Position numbers and translations under genes: made by a program
NCBI GenBank assembly: GCA_040395895.1
Contig: JBEBPN010000021.1
Location: 1,596-65,595 of the forward strand
Reading direction: 5' to 3'
DNA length: 64,000 nucleotides
Source of the DNA: Dysgonomonas hofstadii
GTDB lineage: Bacteria > Bacteroidota > Bacteroidia > Bacteroidales > Dysgonomonadaceae
Shown here: positions 55,655-64,000 of the stretch, in pieces
Position numbering within the stretch: position 1 is the first letter of the stretch
Layout: each line of letters opens with the position of its first letter
Notes under the pieces: model-generated
Told to the model about the DNA's origin: nothing
What the model saw: only the letters and a program-made list of their open reading frames with translations
Database searches by the model: none

Positions 55655-56851
55655 TTATTTTATTACGCCTAGTTCTTTTCCAATCTTTGTAAAGGCAGCA
55701 ATACATTTGTCCAGATGCGCCTTTTCATGTCCTGCGGATATCTGAACACGGATACGGGCAAGGTCTTTAGGTACTACCGGATAATAGAATCCCGTGACGT
55801 AAATACCTTCGTCCAATAGTTTCGATGCCATGTCCTGTGACAACTTCGCATCATAGAGCATAACTGCACATATAGATGACTGTGTCGGCTTGATGTCGAA
55901 TCCGGCCGCTTTCATCTTTTCCACAAAATAGTCGGTATTGCTATGCAGCTTGTCCTGCAGTTCGTTGCTGCGCTCCATCATTTCAAACATCTTGATACCC
56001 GCACCCGCTATAGATGGCGGTATCGAGTTTGAGAACAGGTAAGGACGTGAACGCTGGCGCAACATATCTATTATTTCTTTTTTTCCGGTAGTGAAGCCTC
56101 CGATAGCTCCGCCAAAGGATTTACCCAGTGTACCGGTTATGATCTCGACTTGTCCTTTTAGATTGAAAAGCTCGGTCGTTCCGCGTCCGGTTTTGCCGAC
56201 TACTCCGGCAGAGTGCGACTCGTCCACCATTATCATCGCATCGTATTTCTGAGCCAGCTCATATATCTTATCCAGTGGAGCCACATTGCCGTCCATAGAG
56301 AATACCCCGTCGGTAACAACTATACGGAAACGTTGCGCCTGAGCAGCTTGCAGTTGTTTTTCCAGATCAGCCATATCGGCATTTGCATAACGATAGCGTA
56401 CAGCCTTGCAGAGGCGTACCCCGTCGATGATAGAAGCATGATTGAGCGAATCGGAGATAATAGCATCCTGATCGGTCAGCAGCGGTTCGAATACTCCGCC
56501 ATTGGCATCGAAGCAGGCAGCATACAATATAGTATCTTCCGTACCAAAGAATTTTGCGACAGCAGCCTCCAGTTGCTTATGCAGATCCTGAGTTCCGCAG
56601 ATGAAACGTACCGACGACATACCGAATCCGCGCGAATCCATCGCCTGTTTGGCTGCTTCTATCAGTTCTTTGTTATCCGATAATCCCAGATAGTTATTGG
56701 CGCAGAAGTTCAGTACTTCTTGTCCGGTACTCACACGTATTTCTGCTCCCTGAGGAGAAGTTATAATACGTTCATTTTTGTACAATCCTGCCGATTTTAT
56801 ATCAGCAAGCTCGTTTTGCAGATGTTTTTGAAAGCTGGAATATGTATTCAT
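55655..56851 (-). CDS. kbl: Glycine C-acetyltransferase (2-amino-3-ketobutyrate CoA ligase)
   Basis: MVDESHSAG and the PLP-Lys motif GTLGKSFGG. The likely start is MNTYSSFQKHLQ (56851). Confidence 0.9.
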   Translation of the reverse strand: MNTYSSFQKHLQNELADIKSAGLYKNERIITSPQGAEIRVSTGQEVLNFCANNYLGLSDNKELIEAAKQAMDSRGFGMSSVRFICGTQDLHKQLEAAVAKFFGTEDTILYAACFDANGGVFEPLLTDQDAIISDSLNHASIIDGVRLCKAVRYRYANADMADLEKQLQAAQAQRFRIVVTDGVFSMDGNVAPLDKIYELAQKYDAMIMVDESHSAGVVGKTGRGTTELFNLKGQVEIITGTLGKSFGGAIGGFTTGKKEIIDMLRQRSRPYLFSNSIPPSIAGAGIKMFEMMERSNELQDKLHSNTDYFVEKMKAAGFDIKPTQSSICAVMLYDAKLSQDMASKLLDEGIYVTGFYYPVVPKDLARIRVQISAGHEKAHLDKCIAAFTKIGKELGVIK

Positions 56852-56988
56852 GGTTAAAATTTTGATGTAAAGGTAATAAAACGTCAAAACATATATCGAG
56901 TAAAATTATGAAATATTTTGCCGTTAACAAAGAATGTGAATAAATCATATAAAATATAATGAGTGATCATATGAAATAATAAAAGACC

Positions 56989-56996
56989 TATCTTTG
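56989..56996 (+). promoter_or_regulatory. Bacteroidota -7 box TATCTTTG
   Basis: 43 nt upstream of ATG 57039. Confidence 0.45.
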
Positions 56997-57038
56997 GATG
57001 TCCAATATAGTATACGATTTAAAGACGTAAATGTAATC

Positions 57039-58076
57039 ATGAAACACCTATTATTTTTGCTTTTATTCTCATTTTTTTTCTTAAATATGGCTACAACACA
57101 TGCCCGGTCAGGTAAAGAATTACTGGTACTTGATAATTATTCTATTCCTGTTGGGAAAAAAGGGATTCGTGTAGGCAAAGTGATAAATCCTACAGGAGGA
57201 AAGCTATCGATGGAATCGGATAGTTCCGGTTTGTTTGTCCTCGACAAAAATGGCTATGTAAGTTTGAAGAAAAACGCCATGCTGACCGATGATTCGCCTC
57301 AGAGATACGAAATAGTGTTGAAAAGTGGAACTGGGAAAAAAGCTTTCGAACTGGTAAAAGATAACTTTATCCGCAACAAAGTGATTGCGCACCGTGGCGC
57401 ATGGAAAAATCAGGATGCCAGCCAGAATTCACTAAAGGCATTGACTAAAGCCATAGAGATAGGTTGTGAGGCTTCGGAGTTTGATGTATGGCTTTCGGCC
57501 GATAATGAGGTAGTCCTTTCCCACGATCCCGTAATAGGCGATAAAAAGGTAGAAGAATCTACAGCAAAAGAATTATATGCAATAGCGCTGAAAGATGGCG
57601 ACTATTTGCCGAGTCTGGCGCAATACATCGAACGCATAAAGAGGCAAAATAAAACCCGTCTGGTACTGGAAGTAAAGGCATCGCAACTGGGTGTGGAACG
57701 AAGCAAAGCCGTAGCGGAGGCATCGGTGCGTATGGTGCACGATATGAAGGCTCAGGCGTGGGTAGATTATATAACGTTCAGCTTTGATGCCGCCAAGCGT
57801 ATCCGTGAATTAGATCCTTCAGCAAAAGTATTGTATCTGGAAGCCGACAAGACGCTGGATGAAGTGAAAGCAGCAGGGATGTCGGGAATAGATTACCATT
57901 ACAGCAATTTTATTAAAAATACCAATCTGGCAAAAGAAGCAAGGGAGAAAGGATTGCTTACCAATGCGTGGACGGTGAACAAGGAAGACGACATGAAGAC
58001 TATGCTCGGTCAGGGCATAGATTATATAACTACAGACGAACCCGAATCGTTACTGAATATAATCGGTTCGCGGTAA
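57039..58076 (+). CDS. Glycerophosphodiester phosphodiesterase family protein, secreted
   Basis: Signal peptide MKHLLFLLLFSFFFLNMATTHA. VIAHRGAW (HRG) and ASEFDVWLSADNEVVLSHD (E-x-D, HD) motifs. Confidence 0.8.
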   Translation: MKHLLFLLLFSFFFLNMATTHARSGKELLVLDNYSIPVGKKGIRVGKVINPTGGKLSMESDSSGLFVLDKNGYVSLKKNAMLTDDSPQRYEIVLKSGTGKKAFELVKDNFIRNKVIAHRGAWKNQDASQNSLKALTKAIEIGCEASEFDVWLSADNEVVLSHDPVIGDKKVEESTAKELYAIALKDGDYLPSLAQYIERIKRQNKTRLVLEVKASQLGVERSKAVAEASVRMVHDMKAQAWVDYITFSFDAAKRIRELDPSAKVLYLEADKTLDEVKAAGMSGIDYHYSNFIKNTNLAKEAREKGLLTNAWTVNKEDDMKTMLGQGIDYITTDEPESLLNIIGSR

Positions 58077-58102
58077 TACGGGCGGGAGAAAAGAGATATA
58101 TT

Positions 58103-58146
58103 AAAGGCATTGAATAACGTGTTATTCAATGCCTTTATTTTTTTTC
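58103..58146 (+). terminator. Strong rho-independent terminator
   Basis: AAAGGCATTGAATAAC / GTTATTCAATGCCTTT (about 14-16 bp), followed by ATTTTTTTTT. Confidence 0.8.
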
Positions 58147-58627
58147 TGAAAATATATATTTGTTTATGGAATCGGAGGGGAAGAAGACTCTATATAGTGT
58201 ACCCGCAAAAACGGGGACAAGCAGCTTCTGTAAAATAGGCTATTCCCCTTAGCCTCCCGAGCCTGATTAAAGATAATAGGAATCTCTCAATTCTTACTTA
58301 TTGTCTGCGATCGGGTTCGGTTGTTTTATTGCAAATAATGCGAATATATGTCTTATCATAAGCTGTAAACTTGTTGTCTCAAAATTACTATTAATGAGGT
58401 TCGGTTTAGTTTATATTATCATTAATGGGAAAATATTGATGAACAATCATGGAATTACCAATTACAGAACAAAACCACTCAAGCATTATAATAACTGGTA
58501 AAAAAAGACTTTAAACTTATCCAATATGATGGAAAAAGCATATCTCCGGCGAACGATCCTTTTTTATTGTTTCTAATTTTGTCTTGGAGAATAACACATA
58601 TACAAACCTATATTAAATTATTGAAAG

Positions 58628-59911
58628 ATGACAATTATCCTTTACAGAACATTCAAACGTATAAATCAAAGACTATTTACAACAGTGTTTTGTTTTCTAG
58701 TGCTCGTTAATTTATCGGCGCAGGTTACTATAGGTTCGGGCGACCAACCGGTAAGAGCAGCATTATTAGACATAAAGACCCAGGTCGCAGACGGTGATAA
58801 CGTGACATCTAAAGATGGAGGGCTTGTTCTTCCACGCGTCAAACTGGAAAATAAAAATACGCTCGATCCTTTTATTAATTCTGCCTCAGATCCCGAATGG
58901 AATGATGCAGCAAAAAAAGCGAAGCTGATGAAAAGCCACACAGGGCTTATGGTATACAATCTTTCTACATCCGGTGTATTTGAACCGGGGATATACATCT
59001 GGGATGGTATTCAATGGAATCGATCCTTAGATAATTCTCCTTCAGCCAATACCGGTGCCTGGTTAAAACAGGGAAATGTCGGTACAAATCCTACCACTGA
59101 TTTTGTGGGTACCACAGATAATGCCGCTCTTGCAGTTAGAACGAATAATAACGAGGTGATGCGTATTACAACTGCCGGTAATGTAGGAATCGGCACCACT
59201 ACTCCTGATGCAAGTGCTATTGTGGATATGAGTAGCAGTAACAAGGGAGTCTTGGTGCCTCGTGTACAACTTAAAGGAACGACGGATATCACAACTATTC
59301 CAAATCCGGCGATTGGCTTATTGGTCTATAATATGGCGGACAATCAGGTGTCAGGCAATGGGGATCCTGTCCGTGCAAATATATATTATTACTGGGCAGG
59401 AACTTATTGGGATCCGATGATGTCGATGCGAACAATCATTGAAAAGCGCATTCCCGAACCGGCTATCTTTCAGTTAAGTACAGATCAGTATGATTTTTTG
59501 AAGGGCGTAAGCGCCGGTAATAAAAGTACCTTCCCGGTTAGCACGGTTATCAACAGTATTCCGGATAAGATAGAGCTTATTAACTCGGAAAAGACAATCC
59601 GGTTCCAACCGGGTGTTTATCAGATAACGTATGTCTATGAAGTTGAATTGGATGCAAACTGTAACTTATCTTCTTATTTTGTAGATTTCCCGACCCAGGG
59701 AAGCCGTAAAAGGATACATTCTACGGCAGAGCATAACATCGGCGTGTTATCGAATCACGGGGGTACTATTACTTTTACCTTCAAGTTGACAAGTCAATAT
59801 AATTGGGATGTACACCTGGGGCGCGGACAATCGGGTCTCTGCATGGATGATATTAAACTGAGACTAATGGCAGGCAGTACGCATATTTCTATTTTAAGAT
59901 TGGGAGATTGA
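58628..59911 (+). CDS. Hypothetical secreted protein with an internally duplicated N-terminal module
   Basis: Signal peptide ...LVLVNLSAQ. Two similar modules: VTIGSG...GGLVLPRVKL...GLMVYN...IWDGIQW, and NVGIGTTTP...KGVLVPRVQL...GLLVYN...YYWAGTYW. Confidence 0.6.
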   Translation: MTIILYRTFKRINQRLFTTVFCFLVLVNLSAQVTIGSGDQPVRAALLDIKTQVADGDNVTSKDGGLVLPRVKLENKNTLDPFINSASDPEWNDAAKKAKLMKSHTGLMVYNLSTSGVFEPGIYIWDGIQWNRSLDNSPSANTGAWLKQGNVGTNPTTDFVGTTDNAALAVRTNNNEVMRITTAGNVGIGTTTPDASAIVDMSSSNKGVLVPRVQLKGTTDITTIPNPAIGLLVYNMADNQVSGNGDPVRANIYYYWAGTYWDPMMSMRTIIEKRIPEPAIFQLSTDQYDFLKGVSAGNKSTFPVSTVINSIPDKIELINSEKTIRFQPGVYQITYVYEVELDANCNLSSYFVDFPTQGSRKRIHSTAEHNIGVLSNHGGTITFTFKLTSQYNWDVHLGRGQSGLCMDDIKLRLMAGSTHISILRLGD

Positions 59912-60162
59912 TATTCATTGTACTAATTGATTAGCCGTAAATTCTCATCTTCGGAGTTTCTATGATAAGTAATAATATTTAGGATTAAAGTGTACGACTC
60001 TTTTTTCACAACAACTTACCTTTTTTGAGTTGACAACATTCAATCCCTCTATCAATTGTTTTGTCATCTTGACTCCTTTGAATTTTTAATTGTGAAAACG
60101 AAATATTTAAAAATTGAGGTATTGAGCGTTTTAAATACAGATTCGCATAAGTAATGAAAACT

Positions 60163-60173
60163 GTAGGGGCGAA
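60163..60173. repeat. Half copy of the REP-like motif (GTAGGGGCGAA)
   Basis: Left arm only, with no matching right arm nearby. Confidence 0.4.
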
Positions 60174-60182
60174 TCTTCAATA

Positions 60183-60208
60183 GAAAAAGCCGGATGTTAT
60201 ATCCGGCT
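60183..60208 (-). terminator. Rho-independent terminator of the 60217..61131 gene
   Basis: AGCCGGAT / ATCCGGCT stem. On the minus strand it is followed by TTTTT. Confidence 0.65.
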
Positions 60209-60216
60209 CTTCTGAT

Positions 60217-61131
60217 TTATTTTTGAGATTGTTTCTTTTCAGCGTATGTGAATGTCGTAATGTAATCGTCGGGGATAGTCTGATTGTTAATCGTACCCGA
60301 TATTTTTACTTCCGATACCAACTTATATTCTTCATCGAATGTGTAAGTGTAAGACAGTTCCGCATATTGTTCTCCACTTTTGGATGCAACTACGCTTAGC
60401 ACATTGTTCTTATTGCTTTTTCCCACATAGTCGGATATATATACAAGGTTTGTTACCAGAATACATCCTGCAGCTTTCAGACTCTGCGTATTCAATGGCA
60501 TTTCGTAAGCATATTTTGTAACAGGCTCATATTCCGTATCATCGTATGTATAAGTGTAGGTAACACCACGCGATGTGGATATTTCCTTTATGTTTCCGTT
60601 CTCGATAACATATTCTTCTTCATAGCGCGACTGTGTGTCGCCTGCACGTGAATAACTTTGCATCAAGGTAAGGTATCCGGCAGTATTGTATGTGAAATGT
60701 ACAGAGTCGTTCTGTGTCTGTCTCTTCGAGGCTTCACCTTCGTCTTTCGATTCGCTGTAAGTCACATGGCGCGAATACAGGGCACGTCCATTGGCATCGA
60801 GCTTCACAAGAATACTGTCGTATGTTATGGACGAGGTGGTTTCTCTGTTTTTGGAATACGATACCCATTTACCGTTGTCCAGCTTGTCTATTTTATATTC
60901 TTCGCTTTCGGGAATCGTTATCAGTGTCATCAGATACTCTTCATCGTATGAAAATACGAGGCTGTTACGGTCTATCAGCCCGAAACGGTCTTCAGGATAA
61001 TCGACTTTTTCCAGTATCCATGTTTTAGGAGGTTCCGGCTCCGGTTCGTGATAAAGCTTGATTTCATCGGAACAGGAGATCATTATTGTCAACAATATTG
61101 TGCTAAGGCAAAAATGAGTCAGAAATTTCAT
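60217..61131 (-). CDS. Hypothetical lipoprotein
   Basis: MKFLTHFCLSTILLTIMISC lipobox. Rich in Tyr/Thr beta-strand pattern, with no recognised domain. Confidence 0.6.
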   Translation of the reverse strand: MKFLTHFCLSTILLTIMISCSDEIKLYHEPEPEPPKTWILEKVDYPEDRFGLIDRNSLVFSYDEEYLMTLITIPESEEYKIDKLDNGKWVSYSKNRETTSSITYDSILVKLDANGRALYSRHVTYSESKDEGEASKRQTQNDSVHFTYNTAGYLTLMQSYSRAGDTQSRYEEEYVIENGNIKEISTSRGVTYTYTYDDTEYEPVTKYAYEMPLNTQSLKAAGCILVTNLVYISDYVGKSNKNNVLSVVASKSGEQYAELSYTYTFDEEYKLVSEVKISGTINNQTIPDDYITTFTYAEKKQSQK

Positions 61132-61287
61132 TTTGTTTGTTATGATAGGTTGAAATATATAAAAGGTGCTTTTGTTTGTGCCAAAGATAATATATTATAG
61201 TAAAAAATAAAGTAAAAATGCTATAAAACATTATCGTTTACATCTCTTTTTCGCTTTTAGAGTGTTCATGCTCTGTTATATAATCCC

Positions 61288-61295
61288 TATCTTTG
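61288..61295 (+). promoter_or_regulatory. Bacteroidota -7 box TATCTTTG
   Basis: 51 nt upstream of ATG 61346. Confidence 0.45.
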
Positions 61296-61345
61296 TCGTT
61301 TCGACAGCGAAATCAAATCTAATCTAAATATAAAATCCATAGTGT

Positions 61346-63889
61346 ATGAAATTGCGAGGTTTTCTCATTTTTCTGTGTTTAAGCGTTACGATGGGACTGT
61401 TTTCTCAAAAGAAACAAAAATTATCCCAGATATATACAGTTGCACCTGTCAAAGTGCTTTCGCCTGTTCTGGTAGATTCGGCTAATCTCAAAGGGGAAAA
61501 TTTTTCGGATGCAAATATATTGAAGATGAATCTGACAATTCCCGAACAGTCGGCTTTTGTAAGACCGTTGAAGGCTGATACGGCAGGTTACTTCTATGCC
61601 GAAAAACCGGAAGAAGGCATGACTTTTCAGTTATTCTCTTTCTATGTGAATGCCGATAAATATGCTAAGGGTACGGTAAAAGTGGTATCGCCATATATGC
61701 TAGAAGTATATATCGATGGTAAACTCGTAGCGTCCAAGACAACAAAAGAGGATAACCTGCGTGCCGAGAAAGAAGCATCTGCGGTATTCGGCCCATCTTA
61801 TCCGCTGAGCAGCCGTGTTGTAATAAAGTTACTGGCAGCGGCAGAAGATAAGGCTTCTGTTGCACTGAAAGTTTCTATCGAGACTGAAAAGTCTGATTCC
61901 ACTACCACTTTTACGACTGTGAATACAGATAAAAGATATATAAACTTTACCGATATGCTGCTGGGCAAGCGGGTAACAGGTACACGTATGTCGCCTAACG
62001 GACAGTATGCACTCATATCGTACCGGAATACTTTCGGGGAGAAAAGCACTTCTACACGTGAGCTCTACGATGTACGCACCAGAAAGTCGGTGCTGATAGA
62101 TACCGACAACGGCAAAGGACAACTCAACTGGATGCCTGTCAGCGAAAAGCTGTATTACCTGTTCAAGACCGAAGGCGGTACTAACCTGATAACGATAGAT
62201 CCTGCCACATTGCAGGAAAATGTATTGGTGAAAAATATCCCGAACGAATCGTTCTATTTTTCTCCCGATGAAAAGACACTGTTTTACAGCAAACAGGAGA
62301 AAGGAGACGAAAACAAAAGTGACCTGCGCCTGCTGAAATCACCGGAAGACCGTCAGGCGGGATATACCAACCGTTCGTTTATTTACCGCTACGATATCAG
62401 ATCGGGACTAAGCCAGCAAATAACGTACGGAGCGCACACTACGTGGCTCAACGATATTAGCACCGACGGAAAGCAGATACTTTTTTCTATATCGGACGAA
62501 ACGGTGACAGAACGGCCTTTCAGGAAATATTCGATGTTCAGGCTCGATCTGACAACAATGAAAACAGATACATTGTGGAGTGGAGAAGGCTTTGCACACA
62601 GGGCGACATTTTCGCCGGATGCGCGGAAAGTGCTGATACAAGGATCGGGAGAGGCTTTCGGCGGTATAGGGCTGAATGTAGGAGAAGGACAAATAGCCAA
62701 CAGTTACAACGGTCTGGCATTTATTATGGATTTGTCGACTAAGCAGGTGGAAGCTATAACGAAGAATTTCGATCCGAGTATCGATAACGGATTCTGGAAC
62801 AAGAAAGACGGATTGATCTACTTTACGACTACTGATAAGGATTATGTGAATATATACACTTACAATCCGTCGAATAAGTCGTTTACCAAGCTGCCGCTCA
62901 ACGAAGAGGTGGTACGGTCGTTCTCTACGGCTGATAATGCAGCTACAGCCGTATATTACGGAGTGAGTGCAGCCAATTCTACCAGAGCATATATTTATGA
63001 TATCAGTAGCAGGAAGTCTACGATGATGGCCGACCCGTATAATGAAAGATTATCGCAAATGACTTTGGGCAAGATGGAAGACTGGAACTTTACTAATTCC
63101 GATGGGGTAGAGATCAGCGGACGCAGTTACTTGCCGCCTAATTTTGATGCGTCGAAGAAATATCCGCTCATTGTATATTATTATGGTGGAACCAGTCCTA
63201 CATCACGCACATTGGAAGGGCCTTATCCGCCACATGTATTTGCATCGCAGGGATATGTGGTCTATGTAGTGCAGCCGAGCGGGGCAACAGGCTTCGGGCA
63301 AAAGTTTGCCGCCCTGCACGTGAATGCGTGGGGTAAGCGTACAGCCGAAGATATTATAGAGGGTACACAGCAGTTTCTGAAAGCACATCCGTATGTAGAC
63401 GCGAAGAAGATAGGTTGTATCGGTGCTTCTTACGGTGGATTTATGACCATGTACCTGCAAACACGTACCGATATGTTTGCGGCGGCAGTGTCACATGCCG
63501 GTATCAGTTCTATCAGCAGCTACTGGGGTGAAGGTTACTGGGGCTATACCTACAGTTCGGGCGCAAGTGCACACAGCTATCCTTGGAACAATCCAGACCT
63601 GTATGTGAAGCAAAGTCCGCTTTTCAGTGCCGATAAGATAAATACTCCGATATTGTTTACTCATGGTACGGTAGATACCAATGTGCCGATAGGAGAGAGT
63701 ATACAGATGTACACTGCTCTGAAAATACTGGGTAAGCCTACCGAGTTTATACAGGTGAAAGACGAAAATCACGGTGTAATGAACTACAAACGCCGTGTGG
63801 AATGGAACAACTCCATTATGGCTTGGTTCTCTAAATGGCTGAAAGATGACGGTAGTTGGTGGAAGGCGTTGTATCCGGATAGTAAATAA
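61346..63889 (+). CDS. S9 family serine peptidase (prolyl oligopeptidase / DPP-like) with an N-terminal beta-propeller
   Basis: Signal peptide. Nucleophile elbow GASYGGFMT, Asp in HGTVDTNVP, His in DENHGV. Confidence 0.9.
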   Translation: MKLRGFLIFLCLSVTMGLFSQKKQKLSQIYTVAPVKVLSPVLVDSANLKGENFSDANILKMNLTIPEQSAFVRPLKADTAGYFYAEKPEEGMTFQLFSFYVNADKYAKGTVKVVSPYMLEVYIDGKLVASKTTKEDNLRAEKEASAVFGPSYPLSSRVVIKLLAAAEDKASVALKVSIETEKSDSTTTFTTVNTDKRYINFTDMLLGKRVTGTRMSPNGQYALISYRNTFGEKSTSTRELYDVRTRKSVLIDTDNGKGQLNWMPVSEKLYYLFKTEGGTNLITIDPATLQENVLVKNIPNESFYFSPDEKTLFYSKQEKGDENKSDLRLLKSPEDRQAGYTNRSFIYRYDIRSGLSQQITYGAHTTWLNDISTDGKQILFSISDETVTERPFRKYSMFRLDLTTMKTDTLWSGEGFAHRATFSPDARKVLIQGSGEAFGGIGLNVGEGQIANSYNGLAFIMDLSTKQVEAITKNFDPSIDNGFWNKKDGLIYFTTTDKDYVNIYTYNPSNKSFTKLPLNEEVVRSFSTADNAATAVYYGVSAANSTRAYIYDISSRKSTMMADPYNERLSQMTLGKMEDWNFTNSDGVEISGRSYLPPNFDASKKYPLIVYYYGGTSPTSRTLEGPYPPHVFASQGYVVYVVQPSGATGFGQKFAALHVNAWGKRTAEDIIEGTQQFLKAHPYVDAKKIGCIGASYGGFMTMYLQTRTDMFAAAVSHAGISSISSYWGEGYWGYTYSSGASAHSYPWNNPDLYVKQSPLFSADKINTPILFTHGTVDTNVPIGESIQMYTALKILGKPTEFIQVKDENHGVMNYKRRVEWNNSIMAWFSKWLKDDGSWWKALYPDSK

Positions 63890-63928
63890 TTAGGATATAC
63901 ATATCAAAATTAATTTAAAGCGGTACAG

Positions 63929-63996
63929 GTAGGGGTGTATTGTATACACCCGATCGGAGAAATACTATTATGCGGACGTATGCAATACGTCCCTAC
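63929..63996. repeat. REP-like double-hairpin copy (GTAGGGG ... CCCTAC)
   Basis: GGGTGTAT-TGT-ATACACCC (63933-63951) and GGACGTA-TGCAA-TACGTCC (63974-63992), bracketed by GTAGG...CCTAC. Same architecture as 18626-18690. Confidence 0.65.
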
Positions 63997-64000
63997 AATA

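Noticed and set aside
58170-58290. Possible TPP or cobalamin riboswitch (CCTGAT...TAAT, ACCCGC strings).
   Set aside because: The conserved cores are missing: CUGAGA plus ACCUGAUCUGGAUAAUGCCAGCG for TPP, and the B12 box with GCCACUG for cobalamin. It is kept only as an unclassified structure in a finding.
1-64000. Scanned for tRNA, rRNA, transposase, integrase, restriction-modification, toxin-antitoxin or known defence-system gene sets, and for invertible-promoter (inverton) architecture.
   Set aside because: None was recognisable. There is no T-loop GGTTCGAATCC-type tRNA signature, no recombinase genes, and the inverted repeats found flank at most 42-nt loops with no promoter inside.

Overview
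The window looks like a gene-dense, low-GC chromosomal segment of a Bacteroidota (Bacteroidales-type) genome. Three things point that way: recurrent TAnnTTTG -7 promoter boxes 20-60 nt upstream of starts, many lipoproteins with an ...SC/ACG lipobox, and the mix of TonB-type and beta-barrel outer-membrane proteins with three ECF sigma modules. I support about 62 protein-coding genes. Well-recognised ones include a P-type ATPase (partial), an MBOAT/SGNH pair, CreD, GH88, pirin, a PadR/PspC module, NhaC, glmS, catalase, tdh-kbl, a GDPD and an S9 peptidase. I saw no rRNA, tRNA, CRISPR array, transposase, integrase or recognisable defence-system genes. The least ordinary part is 9.36-11.35 kb. There a single phage-type (terminase-small-like) HTH gene sits between two ~650-nt non-coding tracts. 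The downstream tract holds a ~0.5-kb hairpin-dense block that reaches ~61% G+C over 180 nt by my hand count, against a ~25-40% background. It is a candidate large structured RNA or a cluster of palindromic repeat units, and I cannot assign it to a known RNA class by eye. Other sequence-level signals are listed below.
- A dispersed GTAGGGGC...GCCCCTAC hairpin (REP-like) family, with at least 6 copies.
- A 9.7-copy ATGAATT microsatellite in a divergent promoter region.
- Orphan terminators that suggest small transcripts.
- A secreted stand-alone Hint-domain protein.
- An astacin-like domain with every catalytic residue substituted.
All functional calls rest on motif recognition by eye and no database search was run.
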